A stretch of DNA of 64,000 bases from the human T2T-CHM13v2.0 reference genome, Homo sapiens (GCA_009914755.4 CP086569.2:19904001-19968000), one strand, 5' to 3'; shown: positions 33,790-47,345, counted from the first letter of the stretch. Program-made: numbers and translations. The notes: generated by a model from the letters alone, not told the origin.

Positions 33790-34650
33790 ATCAAGAGATT
33801 TTCCAGAATAACTGTATTATTTGTATTTCCACCAGAAATGTACAAGTGATCCACTTAACATTGTTTACAACAACTGCTGTCACCATCCTTTCATTTTAGC
33901 TGTTCTGACATACACATACTGATATTTCAGTTTTAATTTGCATTTCCTGATGATTAATGAATGTTGAATTTATTTTCATGATTATTTTCTATCTGTAAAT
34001 CTTTGCCAAAATGTCTCTTTAAGTCTTTTGCTCATTTTCTAATTTGAATTTTTTACTGTTAAATTTTATGAGTTTTTATATATCATAGATGAAAAATCTT
34101 TGTCAGTTATACAGTTTACAGATATTTTCTCCCAATCTATAGCTCGTGTTTCATTGTATTCACTTTTTTTTGCAAAGTAAACATTTTTACTTTTAATGAG
34201 GTACAGTGTATAAATTTTTTTATACATTGTTCTTTTGGTGTCAAGTCTAAGAAATATTTTCCTAACCCTAGATTCTAAATATTTTCTTCTTTTTTTCTAA
34301 AAGTTTTACATTTCACATTAAGTCCATGATCTTTACTCACCCATAAGTGCCCAGCCCCATTTGAAAAGGCTACCTTTTCTCTATTTAGTTGTTTTCGTAC
34401 CTTTGTCTAATTTTGGGTTCTCTAAAATGTTTTATTAACCTTTGTCTCTATCATTCTTCCATACTATGTTGATTAATGTAGCTATGCAATATTCCTTAAC
34501 ATCAAGAAGTGTTTCCTCCCACTTACTTTCCTTGTCAAAGTTGGCTTATCTATTCTACTGCCTGTGTGTGACTTTTCACATTTGTTTTAGAATAAGATTA
34601 CTTATGTCTTTTAAAAACCTGAGATATTGATAGGAATAGTATTCATCCTA
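33790..34650 (-). mobile_element. Ancient L1 (L1M) 3' end fragment
   Basis: Antisense L1 ORF2 C-terminus and 3' UTR-like sequence (...tttgccaaaatgtctctttaagtcttttgctcattttctaatt...). Confidence 0.65.
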
Positions 34651-34987
34651 CAGAACAATTTTGAGAAAACTGGAATGTAGGATGTTCCAATCCAAATAGA
34701 CAGTGGGTCTATTTACTTATGTATTCTTAGATTACTTTTATCAACAAATTCCAAGTTTCAGCATAAGTAAGGATTCATTTTCATAGGAATGACTGTAAGA
34801 GTACTGCATTTTTAATTTCTGTGCCCATATGTTCACTGTTAAATAAAAATGAGGTTAGTATTTATGCATTGATCCTACAACTTGACACTTTGCTGAACTC
34901 ACTTACTAGTTATAGGATGTTTTCTATAGCTCCCTTAGGATTTTCAACACATACACAATTATGACACCTGCAAAATGAGACAATTTT

Positions 34988-35155
34988 ACTAATTTTCTTT
35001 TTTTTTTTAAGACAGGGTCTTCCTCTGATGCCCAGGCTGGAGTGTGGTGGTGCAGTCTTGGCTCACTGAAACCTCCGTCTCCCAGGTTCAAGTGATTCTC
35101 CTGCCTCAGCCTCCCTGAGTAGCTGGGACTACAGGCGCATTCCAGCATGCCAGGC
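34988..35155 (-). mobile_element. Alu fragment (left monomer region)
   Basis: Poly-T then gacagggtcttcctctgatgcccaggctggagtg...cctcagcctccctgagtagctgggactacaggcgc. Confidence 0.85.
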
Positions 35156-35169
35156 TACTAGGCCTTTTT

Positions 35170-35990
35170 ATTTCTTTTCTAATATGTATGTTGTTTATTT
35201 TCTTCCCTTGCATTACAGTCTAGAACTGCCAACTGAATAAAAATAGTAACAGGAAACATCCTTGCCTTTTCCCCAATGTGACAGAGGAGGCATTCAATCT
35301 TACACCATTAAGAATGATGTTGGCTACAGGTTTTTTGTAGATTCTTTTTAAACAACCTATGGTTATTTCCCCTCTATGTGAACCTGCTCAAACTTTTTGT
35401 CATAAATGGGTGTTGGGTTTAGTTAAATGGTGTTCCTGCATCAACTGATTTGACTGTATGTATGTATGTGTGTATGTATGTATGATTTTTCTTTATTCTG
35501 TTGATAAGTTTGATTACATTGCTTGATTTTAGAATGCTGAACCAGATTTACATTCCTGGAGTAACCTGAACTGGGTTGTGATGTATTACTCTTCTTCATA
35601 TACTGCTGTTATCAATTTGCAAATTTTTAAAAAGATTTTTGTGTCTACATTCATGAGGGGTATTGAGCTGTATTTTTTTTATTGTACTTTTTTTCTGGTG
35701 TTGAGATACAGATATTCCTAACCTTATATTGGGTTGTGTCCCATTCTCAATTATTTTCTGGAAACAACTGTGTGAAGTTGATGGTAAGTCTTTTTTAAAG
35801 GTTTTGAGGAATTCTCCAGTGAAAATATCTGCACCTAGACATTTCCTTCCTAGAGCTTTTCAATTACTAATTCAGCTTCTTTACTGGCTATAGGACTATT
35901 CATTTTGTCTATTCCATTTTGATTGAATTGTTATACTTTATAGTTTCAAAAGAATTTGTTCATTCCTTCTACTTATGAGTATACTTAATA
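35170..35990 (-). mobile_element. Ancient L1 (L1M) 3' region fragment
   Basis: Antisense L1 3' region, for example ...catgaggggtattgagctgtattttttt... Confidence 0.55.
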
Positions 35991-35999
35991 GATATGCAA

Positions 36000-37133
36000 A
36001 GAGGCAAGAAGACAGGACCCATATGAGGAGAAAAAACCATTCAATCAAAACTGACTCACAAGTGTTATCACTAGCAGACACAGACATGAAAACAACTAAG
36101 AAAACTGTATACCCACGATCAGAAAGCTAAGAGACATGAAGAATACAAGGAAGATCCAAATCAAACTTCCAGACACAAATACAACAATGCTTGGAGTAAA
36201 AAATACAACAAATGGAATTAACAGTATGATATGCTTTGGCTGTATCTGCACCCAAATCTTATTTTGAATTGTGGTTCCCCAAATCCCCACATGTCCTGGG
36301 AAGGAAGAAAAAATATTCAAGTATTGGTAGGAAGTACTTAAATCATGGGGGCAGTTACACCATCATGTTCTCATGATAGTGAGTTCTCAGGAGATCTGAT
36401 GGCTTTCTAAGGGTCTTTCCCCCTTTGGAGTAAAAAAGCACTTCTTGCTGACACCATGTGAAGAAGGATGTGTTTGTTTCCCCTTCCACCATGCTTGTAA
36501 GTTTCCTTAAGACTCCTCAGCCATATTGAACTGTGAGTGAATTAAATTTCTTGCCTTTATAAATTACCCAGTCTCGGGTGTGTTTTTATTAGCAGTGTGA
36601 GAACTAACACACAGTAGAACAGGCACTGTGGTAGGAAAGAATAGTAAATCTGAAGACACAGCAATAGAAATGCACAAAATACAATAGGAAAAAATAATTA
36701 AAAATAAAAATTTAAAAACATCATTGAATTGGGTGACAACCTCAAATGGTCTAACTATAACCGGAATCCTTGACACTGGAGAGAAAAGAAAAAATATTTG
36801 AAGAAATGAAGGCTAAACTTTTTCTATATTTAATGAAAATTATATCCTACAGATTCAAAATGTTAAATGAAACTCAAGCATAAGGAACATGAAGAAAATT
36901 ACACACAGGCACATCATAACCAAATTGCTTAAAACCAGTAACAAAAAGAAAATCTTAAAAGCAGAGATAAAAGACAAGTAACCCTGAAAGAAACAACAAA
37001 ACACTATTGAGAAAAAATTTAAAAGGGAGAATTATATCTCATATGAGTCAAATGATTCAATATAATTAAAGCGTCAGTTCTCTGCCAAATTGATTTACAG
37101 ATTCAATGCAATTGCATTAAAAATTCCAGAAGC
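36000..37133 (+). mobile_element. Ancient L1M copy (ORF1 plus an ORF2 fragment). It carries a MaLR LTR at 36227-36617 and is split by the L1PA at 37134-41060. It resumes at 41076-41239.
   Basis: L1M ORF1 N-terminus ...aaatggaattaacag | cagtagaacaggcactg.... ORF2 [14 protein letters not shown] sits at the insertion site, and its continuation EAFFVEIGKLILK comes after the L1PA. Confidence 0.75.
36227..36617 (+). mobile_element. MaLR solo LTR (THE1/MST family) with a 5-bp TSD cagta
   Basis: Begins tgatatgctttggctgtatctgcacccaaatcttattttgaattgtgg. Ends ...ctttataaattacccagtctcgggtgtgtttttattagcagtgtgagaactaacacaca. This matches the THE1 consensus ends as I recall them. Confidence 0.85.
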
Positions 37134-38037
37134 CGCAGGAGCCAAGATGGCCAAATAGGAACAGCTCCAGTCTACAGCTCCCAGCGTGAGCGATGCAGAA
37201 GACGAGTGATTTCTGCATTTCCATCTGAGGTACCGGGCTCATCTCACTAGGGAATGCCAGACAGTGGGCACAGGTCAGTGGGTGCACGCACCCTGAGCGA
37301 GCCGAAGCAGGGCGAGGCATTGCCTCACTCGGGAAGCGCAAGGGGTCAGGGAGTTCCTTTTCCGAGTAAAAGAAAGGGCTTACAGACAGCACCTGGAAAA
37401 TCAGGTCACTCCCACCCGAATACTGCGCTTTTCCGACGGGCTTAAAAAACGGAGCACCACGAGATATATCCCACACCTGGCTCGGAGGGTCCTACGCCCA
37501 CAGAGTCTCGCTGATTGCTAGCACAGCAGTCTGAGATCAAACTGCAAGGCTGCAGCCAGGCTGGGGGAGGGGCGCCCGCCATTGCCCAGGCTTGATTAGG
37601 TAAACTAAGCAGCTGGGAAGCTCGAACTGGGTGGAGCCCACCACAGCTCAAGGAGGCCTGCCTGCCTCTGTAGGCTCTACCTCTGGGGACAGGGCATAGA
37701 CAAACAAAAAGACAGCAGTAACCTCTGCAGACTTAAATGTCCCTGTCTGACAGCTTTGAAGAGAGCAGTGGTTCTCCCAGTACGCAGCTGGAGATCTGAG
37801 AATGGGAAGACTGCCTCCTCAAGTAGGTCCCTGACCCCTGACCCCCGAGCAGCCTAACTGGGAGGCACCCCCCAGCAGGGGCACACTGACACCTCACACG
37901 GCTGGGTACTCCAACAGACCTGCAGCTGAGGGTCCTGTCTGTTAGAAGGAAAACTAACAAACAGGAAGGACATCCACACCAAAAACCCATCTGTACATCA
38001 CCATCATCAAAGACCAAAAGAAGATAAAACCACAAAG

Positions 38038-39057
38038 ATGGGGAAAAAACAGAACAGAAAAACTGGAAACTCTAAAAAGAAGAGTGCCTCTCCTCCTCCA
38101 AAGGAACGCAGTTCCTCACCAGCAACGGAACAAAGCTGGATGGAGAATGACTTTGACGAGCTGAGAGAAGAAGGCTTCAGACCATCAAATTACTCTGAGC
38201 TACGGGAGGACATTCAAACCAAAGGCAAAGAAGTTGAAAACTTTGAAAAAAATTTAGAAGAATGTATAACTAGAATAACCAATACAGAGAAGTGCTTAAA
38301 GGAGCTGATGGAGCTGAAAACCAAGGCTCGAAAACTATGTGAAGAATGCAGAAGCCTCAGGAGTCAATGCGATCAACTGGAAGAAAGGGTATCAGCGATG
38401 GAAGACGAAATGAATGAAATGAAGTGAGAAGGGAAGTTTAGAGAAAAAAGAATAAAAAGAAATGAACAAAGCCTCCAAGAAATATGGGACTATGTGAAAA
38501 GACCAAATCTACGTCTGATTGGTGTACCTGAAAGTGATGGGGAGAATGGAACCAAGTTGGAAAACACGCTGCAGGATATTATCCAGGAGAACTTCCCCAG
38601 TCTAGCAACGCAGACCAATGTTCAGATTCAGGAAATACAGAGAACACCACGAAGATACTCCTCAAGAAGAGCAACTCCAAGACACATAATTGTCAGATTC
38701 ACCAAAGTTGAAATGAAGGAAAAAATGTTAAGGGCAGCCAGAGAGAAAGGTCAGGTTACCCTCAAAGGGAAGGCCATCAGACTAACAGCGGATCTCTCAG
38801 CAGAAACCCTACAAGCCAGAAGAGAGTGGGGGCCAATATTCAACATTCTTAAAGAAAAGAATTTTCAACCTAGAATTTCATATCCAGCCAAACTAAGCTT
38901 CATAAGCAAAGAAGAAATAAAATACTTTACAGACAAGCAAATGCTGAGAGATTTTGTCACCACCAGGCCTGCCCTAAAAGAGCTCCTGAAGGAAGCGCTA
39001 AACATGGAAAGGAACAACCGGTACCAGCTGCTGCAAAATCATGCCAAAATGTAAAGA
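38038..39057 (+). pseudogene. L1 ORF1p pseudogene (premature stop after 129 codons, otherwise in frame)
   Basis: ORFs 38038-38427 and 38494-39054 are in the same frame. The N-terminal piece ends ...ECRSLRSQCDQLEE..., and the second begins RPNLRLIGVPESD and ends NHAKM. Confidence 0.9.
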
Positions 39058-39117
39058 CCATCGCGACTAGGAAGAAACTGCATCAACTAACGAGCAAAAT
39101 AACCAGCTAACATCATA

Positions 39118-40954
<1,837 letters not shown>

Positions 40955-41239
40955 TGACGAGTTAGTGGGTGCAGCGCACCAGCATGGTGCATGTATACAT
41001 ATGTAACTAACCTGCACAATGTGCACATGTACCCTAAAAGTTAAAGTATAATTAAAAAAAAAAAATTCCAGAAGCCTTTTTTGTAGAAATTGGTAAGTTG
41101 ATTGTAAAAGTCACAGAGAAATACAAAGGGCCTAGACTAGTAAAAACAGCACTGAAAATGAAGAACAAAGTTAGAGGGCTATAAATATATGATTTCAAAA
41201 ATTATTACAAAGCAAAAGTAACCACAAAAGCATGATGTC

Positions 41240-41579
<340 letters not shown>

Positions 41580-42099
41580 TCAACTGGACGACTAATTCCT
41601 CTCAGGAGAAAACTCCACCCCCAGTACCAAAAAACACTCTACCCAAAGAAAAACTTCACACCCTCAGGCTGGGAAAAGTGGACCCAGTAAAAGCAAATTA
41701 CTCCCTGTTTAAAAACTTGCTTAAACCTTTACAAAAAAACATTTCTTTTAACTTTTAATGTTGGTAAAAATCCACATTCTTAAGCCTCCTTATAAACCTT
41801 TTACCAAAGGTACTTTTTACTTTCCTTACACATCTTGCACATAAACTGTTTCTTCAATAGTTTTACATTCAGGAGGCCTAATACTTTTAAATTATACAAC
41901 ATTTCTTGCATAAATTCCATTTTACAACTTTTTTTCATGACTTTCACAGACAATTCTTCCACATGCCTCAACTTTCTGACTTGTTGCAAATATCCCTTTA
42001 TTTAAACAACCAGTTATTTTAGGAAAATAACTTACCATATAGCATTCCGTTTTACATAAATTCTACCCCCCTTTTTTTTTCTCTCAAAGACGATAAACA

Positions 42100-43000
42100 T
42101 TCTTTTCCAAAGTGAACCTCCTTCATGTCCACAGACATGGGGACTACACTGTCTAAGGACAGAAGATTAGAAGTTAAGTTAGCATGTTACACTGCTAACT
42201 TTTAGCAAATTTTACTTTTGTTGAAAACTTTGTACGTTTGGGATTTCAAGTATTCTTTGCTATTAGTAAGACCTGTTCAGTCCACATTAACTTAGAACTG
42301 GTATAGATGGCTCCTTCCTGATTCTGTAGGTACTTTAAGGCTTTGCTGAATGCAAACAGGTCGCACGTTTGAGCAGACCAATTAGAAGGCAATTTTCCTA
42401 ACTCTGCTTCTACAGGAGTTTCAAACCCATTGTGTCTTTTTCCTTCAATCACCCGGGAGGAACCATCTATCCTTCTGTCCAGAAGGGAGTTCCTCCTAGG
42501 TATGGTCCGACCTTTGTGTGGTAATTAAGATTTAGATTCCCTGTTAAGAAACCTACTTGTCCAACCTTTGTGTGGTAATTAAGGTTTAGATCCCCTGTTA
42601 GGAAACCTACAGGGGTTAAGGGAATTTTCAGTGGTTAATGTTAAATCATCTTTTTCTAGCAGAATGGCCTCACACTTTAAGATTCTTGAGTCAGTAAGGA
42701 CTACATTTTTGCCTTTTTTTTTTTTTTTAATTTAAGACAGTTCTGACCTGATAAGGTGGGCTCACAATGAGGCTTCCTCTAAAAGTTATTTTTCTACTTT
42801 CTTCCATTAGCAAAGCATTGGACACAATAGATTGAAGGTATTTGGACCATCCGCAGGTTACTGGGTTAAGAATTTTTATTAGGAAGGCTAGGGATTGTCA
42901 GTGGCCTCAGTGCTTTTGGGCTATGCCCTTGTTTACACTGACAACAAGGTGGTATTGTAGTGTTACAAGGTTCCTGAGAAGACCTTCAATTATTAATTAT
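42100..43000 (-). pseudogene. ERV class I pol remnant (RT plus RNase H) on the minus strand. Family unassigned.
   Basis: Minus-strand translation 42246-42480 reads DRRIDGSSRVIEGKRHNGFETPVEAELGKLPSNWSAQTCDLFAFSKALKYLQNQEGAIYTSSKLMWTE, which matches the RNase H motifs DGSS..SAQ.AEL.AL..AL...IYTDS.YA. An upstream minus-strand piece reads AILLEKDDLTLTTEN, a degenerate RT IL.YxDDLLL motif, near 42640-42690. Confidence 0.6.
42500..42612. repeat. Two-copy tandem duplication of about a 55-bp unit
   Basis: Unit gtccgacctttgtgtggtaattaagatttagattccctgttaagaaacctac, then ttgtccaacctttgtgtggtaattaaggtttagatcccctgttaggaaacctac. Confidence 0.9.
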
Positions 43001-43299
43001 AGGTTTTTAATTTACCCTGGATTTTAAAGGAATAGGATACACTGTTTTCTCTTTACCACTATCTCTCTCTTTCTCTCTCTGATTCCGTTTGTCTGTCTCT
43101 CTCTGCTTCTTTTTCTCTTTGACTTTGTTTCTCTTTCTCTGCCTCTGCCAGCCGCTCATGCTGCTGTTCTCTCCTCTCCTTCCCCTTCCCCTTCCTCTAG
43201 AGGAGGGACCAGTGGGAGTGGAGCTACTCTTTCTTTCCCCAAGATGAAAGGAAAGGGGAGTTTTGAGTATTTTTCTTACCACCAGAGGTTTGTGTAAGG

Positions 43300-43570
43300 T
43301 TCAACCCCCTGAAATCTGCGGAAGGCTCAACCCCTCAAAGCAGGGGTGTCTCACTTTGCCTGCCCCAGAAGGCTCAACCCCTCAAACCAAGGATGTCTTG
43401 CCTTGCCTGCCTCGGAAGGCTCAACCACTCAAACCAGGTGATGGCTTGCCTTGCCTGTCCTGAAAGCCTCAAACCTTCAAACCAGGGATGTCTCACCTTG
43501 CCTGACCCCAAAGCCTCACCACCTCAAACCAGGGATGTCTAGCCTTGCCTGTACCAGAAGGTTCACCTGT
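43300..43570. repeat. About 6 copies of a 43-46-bp tandem repeat (minisatellite)
   Basis: Repeated unit gaaggctcaacccctcaaaccagggatgtctcaccttgcctgcccca, with variants. Confidence 0.9.
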
Positions 43571-44099
43571 TTCCTCCCTTTCCCCCTCTGAAGGTCCCTT
43601 GCACACTTCCCACTCATGTTATCCTCTTTCGTTGCCCCCTTAAGGGAGAATTAGGCCCCTCTTAATGTTGGGTGCCGGTATAAATCCCATGGCATAATCC
43701 GCCCTAAGCCATATGAGGTAGCTACGGAACCACGGAGAGAAACCCACTGACGCCATCCAGCAGTAGGACTTGTCACCATCCACATGAACAACACCGCAAG
43801 TAGGGTTGTTTTTGATCATTCACGCACACACACGTTTAGCCCTCCAGAATCTGACCACCAAGGAAGTACTTTACCTGACTTCCGCGGCCTCTCTCCTTCC
43901 TTGGTCTGTGCACAGAGTCATCGCCGCAGTACGTGAGGATGCTTTAAGAGGTTGCTAGCCCATTTCTTTCCGCGTTGCTGACAGCTTGGGTTATTTCTCT
44001 CACTGGGTGGGTCCTGATTTCTTACCCCTGAGGCCACCACAAGCGGGCAGGGTGCACCTACTCACAAGAGCAAGCCAGAGACCGGTGGGCCCTGAGAGG

Positions 44100-45400
44100 A
44101 ATGTAATTACAGGTGAGCCCCCCAAATTGTTATAAAGTTTTGTGCCGCAAAAGAAACAGCACTCAAATATAATTTTTTTTTTTTTAATTCTCAGCAAGGC
44201 AATGTAATTCTATAGAAGGGTGCCCCCTTACATTTGGAGCAATAGTGAGCACACACCTGGACAAGGGAGGAGAGGAGGTTCTTATTCCCGATCCACGTGG
44301 ACCCTGCTGCTGTGTTCCCCTATTGGCTAGGGTTAGATGCACAGGCTAAACTAATTCCAATTGGCTAATTTAAAGATAGTGTACGGGTGAGTGGTTTGGC
44401 TGGAAAAATGGTTATGGCAGAGCAGGAAATCAGAAAGAGTCAGGGTGGAAAATGAGTCAGGGCAGAGCAGGTAATCGGAATGAGTCAGGGTGGAGCAGGT
44501 AATCGAAAAACGTTGTGCTACAAGGATGTTAAGTTTAAAAGTAGAAAGCAAAGAATTGAACATACATACTGATTTTTTGAAGAGAAATTTACAGCTCATA
44601 TCTAACAATACTATAAGTCAAATTGTTTCTTCTTGCCTAAAAGCAATCCAGCTCCCAATGGTGCTGCAAACTAAACCACGCATGAATATGCCATTCTTCC
44701 AAGGACCCTTAAAACCCCCGGAGAAGCCTTAGCTGCTGTTCCCCATTCAGCGTCCCTTTTCAGCAGAAAGCAGTGAGAAAATGTGGTGGCCCTAAACACC
44801 CTAACAGCAGTTAGGGTTAACTTGTTCAGAAGGAGGAATGTTACAGGAGTTATTAGGAAATTATTTCAGGCAGATAGAGGGGAAAAAGGGTCCTTGAAAA
44901 GCTTTCATCTCTTCTAAAGCAGCTCCAGGAACGCTTCTTGTCTAGCAGGAAAGCCTAGCTAAGAGCCCGCTGGCAACCTTTGACATGCAAATGCACACCA
45001 TTAGAAACTGGGTCCACCCAAACATGGCGATTCTCACGGTTTTCCTCTTGCCCTTGCCCCCATATTTGCCTGGCAACATGGCCACCTCGACATATCCCCA
45101 CGTGTATAGAACATCAGGGCCCCTGTGTTTGCATATTAAAAGGCTAAGGTGCAAGGGTCAGTTTTTTCAAAGACTATGGGAACAATATTCCTGGTCAAAC
45201 CAATACCCTAAGCATATCAAACACCGACTCCTCATATAACTGGCTAGTATCTCGGGGCACTCCAGGTTTCCTATCTCGGCTATAGAGCCCTCCTCCCTCT
45301 GTCTCTGTAAAAGAAAGCTCCTTCCTTCATGCTGCCTATTAAACTCTCCGCTCCTTAAATTCACTCCACGTGTGTTGCTGTCATTTTATCCAATTCAACA
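44100..45400 (+). mobile_element. LTR-like promoter/enhancer module. Family unassigned, possibly the LTR of the degraded ERV at 42100-43000.
   Basis: Motif order CCAATTGG (44357), AGATAG (44374), tandem TGAGTCAG (44437, 44453, 44481), ATGCAAAT octamer (44985), catattaaaagg (45132), ATTAAA (45339). The 5' 500 bp recur inverted at 47346-47870. Confidence 0.45.
44430..44495. promoter_or_regulatory. Tandem AP-1/NF-E2-type (TGAGTCA) motifs in about 25-bp repeats
   Basis: agagtcagggtggaaaa tgagtcagggcagagcaggtaatcggaa tgagtcagggtggagcaggtaatcg. Confidence 0.5.
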
Positions 45401-45850
45401 GAAAACAAAAAACCCTGGTGTTTCTCCACTCATCAAAGCCGTCTCCCATTGTCTCCCATCAGCCTCGGCCCGGTGGCCCCAGGGTTGGGCGTGTTTGCGT
45501 CTCCGGGTGCACAGAGCTATCACTTCTCACTCCCTCCTCACTGGGAAGTCCCTCCCATTGTCTAGCCTCAGTACCTCTTGATACTCTCACAGCGCCCCGC
45601 TGCCATCCACAGCGCCTCCCAGCCCGCGGCTCTGGGACGCTACCCTCGGGACCCCAGCTGCACTCACCTAGGTCGGGCCGGCACTTGCCCTTGTCCTTTT
45701 GCAGCTACAGCTCGGCGCGTAAATCACCGACATCCTCGCAGCCTCCACTGGAACAATAGTTTCCCTTGTTGAGGCTGCTACCCTGGAAGCGAGGAGAGGC
45801 GGGGACGAAGGAGGAGCCGAGTGTCCATCTTGCGCATCTGGCCTCCCGCA
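45400..45850. other. CpG-rich, GC-rich unique segment (about 25 CpGs in 450 bp) immediately downstream of the LTR-like module
   Basis: Sequence ...cagcccgcggctctgggacgctaccctcgggacc...ctcggcgcgtaaatcaccgacatcctcgcag...gaggcggggacgaaggaggagccgag.... No repeat-family signature was recognised. Confidence 0.5.
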
Positions 45851-47224
45851 TCTAGGCACATGTTTAAGATGCTTACACAGCAGGTGCCATGCTAACTGCT
45901 GGCAGAAGGAATCCCGCCTTCTTGCATGCAGGCACTCGCCGGGCTTGGGAAAGAGCTGCCCCATGATCCAGCCAGTGAAGTGAGGTGGCCGCTTATGTGA
46001 GAGTTCTCCAGTCACCTCTAAATTTATGGACACGGGATATTGATGTACCCTTAACTCCCTTTTACAGATGAGTCAATTCCACAAGGACGGTGCCAGACAA
46101 CTCCAGACAGTAGGGATCCCAATTCAAGGATCTTCAATGTCTAAGTTATCTGAATATTATACTGACAGAGAGTCTGCATTTCCCAGGACAGGTCCTGCTC
46201 AAGGTCACTGGTGCTGGTGACCTTGAGGACTCATTTAAGAAACATGTGTTGGGCATCTAATGTGTACTGGGTACACTGGGCAACAAAGATAACACCATCC
46301 CTGCTCTTCTGGCTGGTGGTGGACACAAACATTGACATGGTGTGGCTGGGGTGCAGTTGGGGGTGCATAGGGCACAGAGCAGAGAGGAGGCTCACAGGAG
46401 GCACCTGACCCAGACTCGGGGCATCTAGGAAGCCTTCCTGGAGGAGAAGATGTTGCAGCAGGAGTCAGGTAGAGCTGGTTGGCAGTTACATGAAGTACAG
46501 AAAGAGTGTTTCTGGTGGGAGGCACAGCAAGTGGGAAGGCCGAGAGGTGAGGAAGATACTGGCTCCTTCCAGAAAATGACAATAATAGGGAACATCATGG
46601 GTATCTTCCCACCAGAGCCAGTAGGCCAACAGGCAGTCAACTCCTAGCCTGTCTCTCTTCCCTTGGCTCATCCCTGACCCCCTGGGGCTGCCCTCTCAGA
46701 ATTGATTCGGTGTCAGAGTGGAGCAGCTGGAGCTGCTTGTGGTGCAGCTGGTAGTGGATAACCAGAGCCAGCAGTGAGCACTGTGGCTGGGAGCTCAGGG
46801 CACTGGAGCTGCAGGAGGTAGGGGATGAAGGAGGTGAGAGACGCCAGAATGGAGGATCCCTGAGCTCTTGTGTGTGGAAAAAGGAGAAGCCATATTGGGT
46901 CCCAGCCAGGCTGAGGAGCTACCTAGGCACACCGACATACACATAAAACTCGTTCATGCACCCTCCTTCCACTTGCCAGACTAGTGTCCTCCCATGCAGG
47001 TGCTCAACATCCCACCCGACATCCCACCCAAGCCCCTCTTAGTTACCATCATTTCTTCCAGCAAGCAATTCCCTAAACTCAGTAGGCATTTCTCCCTTTC
47101 CCAAGCCCACGGATGATTGTCTTCTCCCAAGCAGCCTGTGAAGTCCTCACTTCGGTGTCTTATTACCTCCTGCTTTGGGTGTGACTGAATTCTCCTGACA
47201 CTAGAAGAAAAAAAGTTAGGCGGT

Positions 47225-47345
47225 GATTGAATGGGTACCAGGGGAGATGTAAATGAATGGATGCCAGGGTGGATGGATGGGTGGGCAAATAGATAGATTG
47301 GTGGTTGGGTAAATGGACGAATGGGTAGATGGATGGATGGATTAG
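47225..47345. repeat. (GGAT)n / (GGATGG)n simple repeat
   Basis: Sequence ggatggatgggtgggcaaatagatagattggtggttgggtaaatggacgaatgggtagatggatggatggatt. Confidence 0.9.

Noticed and set aside
44025-44039. cccctgaggccacca, considered as the complement of a tRNA-Ile-type primer-binding site for a minus-strand ERV
   Set aside because: Only about 12 of 17 positions match my recollection of the tRNA-Ile 3' end. There is no adjacent TG/CA LTR terminus. It is too weak to call.
45370-46033. 129-aa plus-strand and 121-aa minus-strand ORFs in the CpG-rich segment
   Set aside because: The composition is P/S/R/G-rich, there are no recognisable motifs, and the ORFs overlap on opposite strands. They are most likely a GC-content artefact. 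The segment is retained as a possible TSS, not as a CDS.
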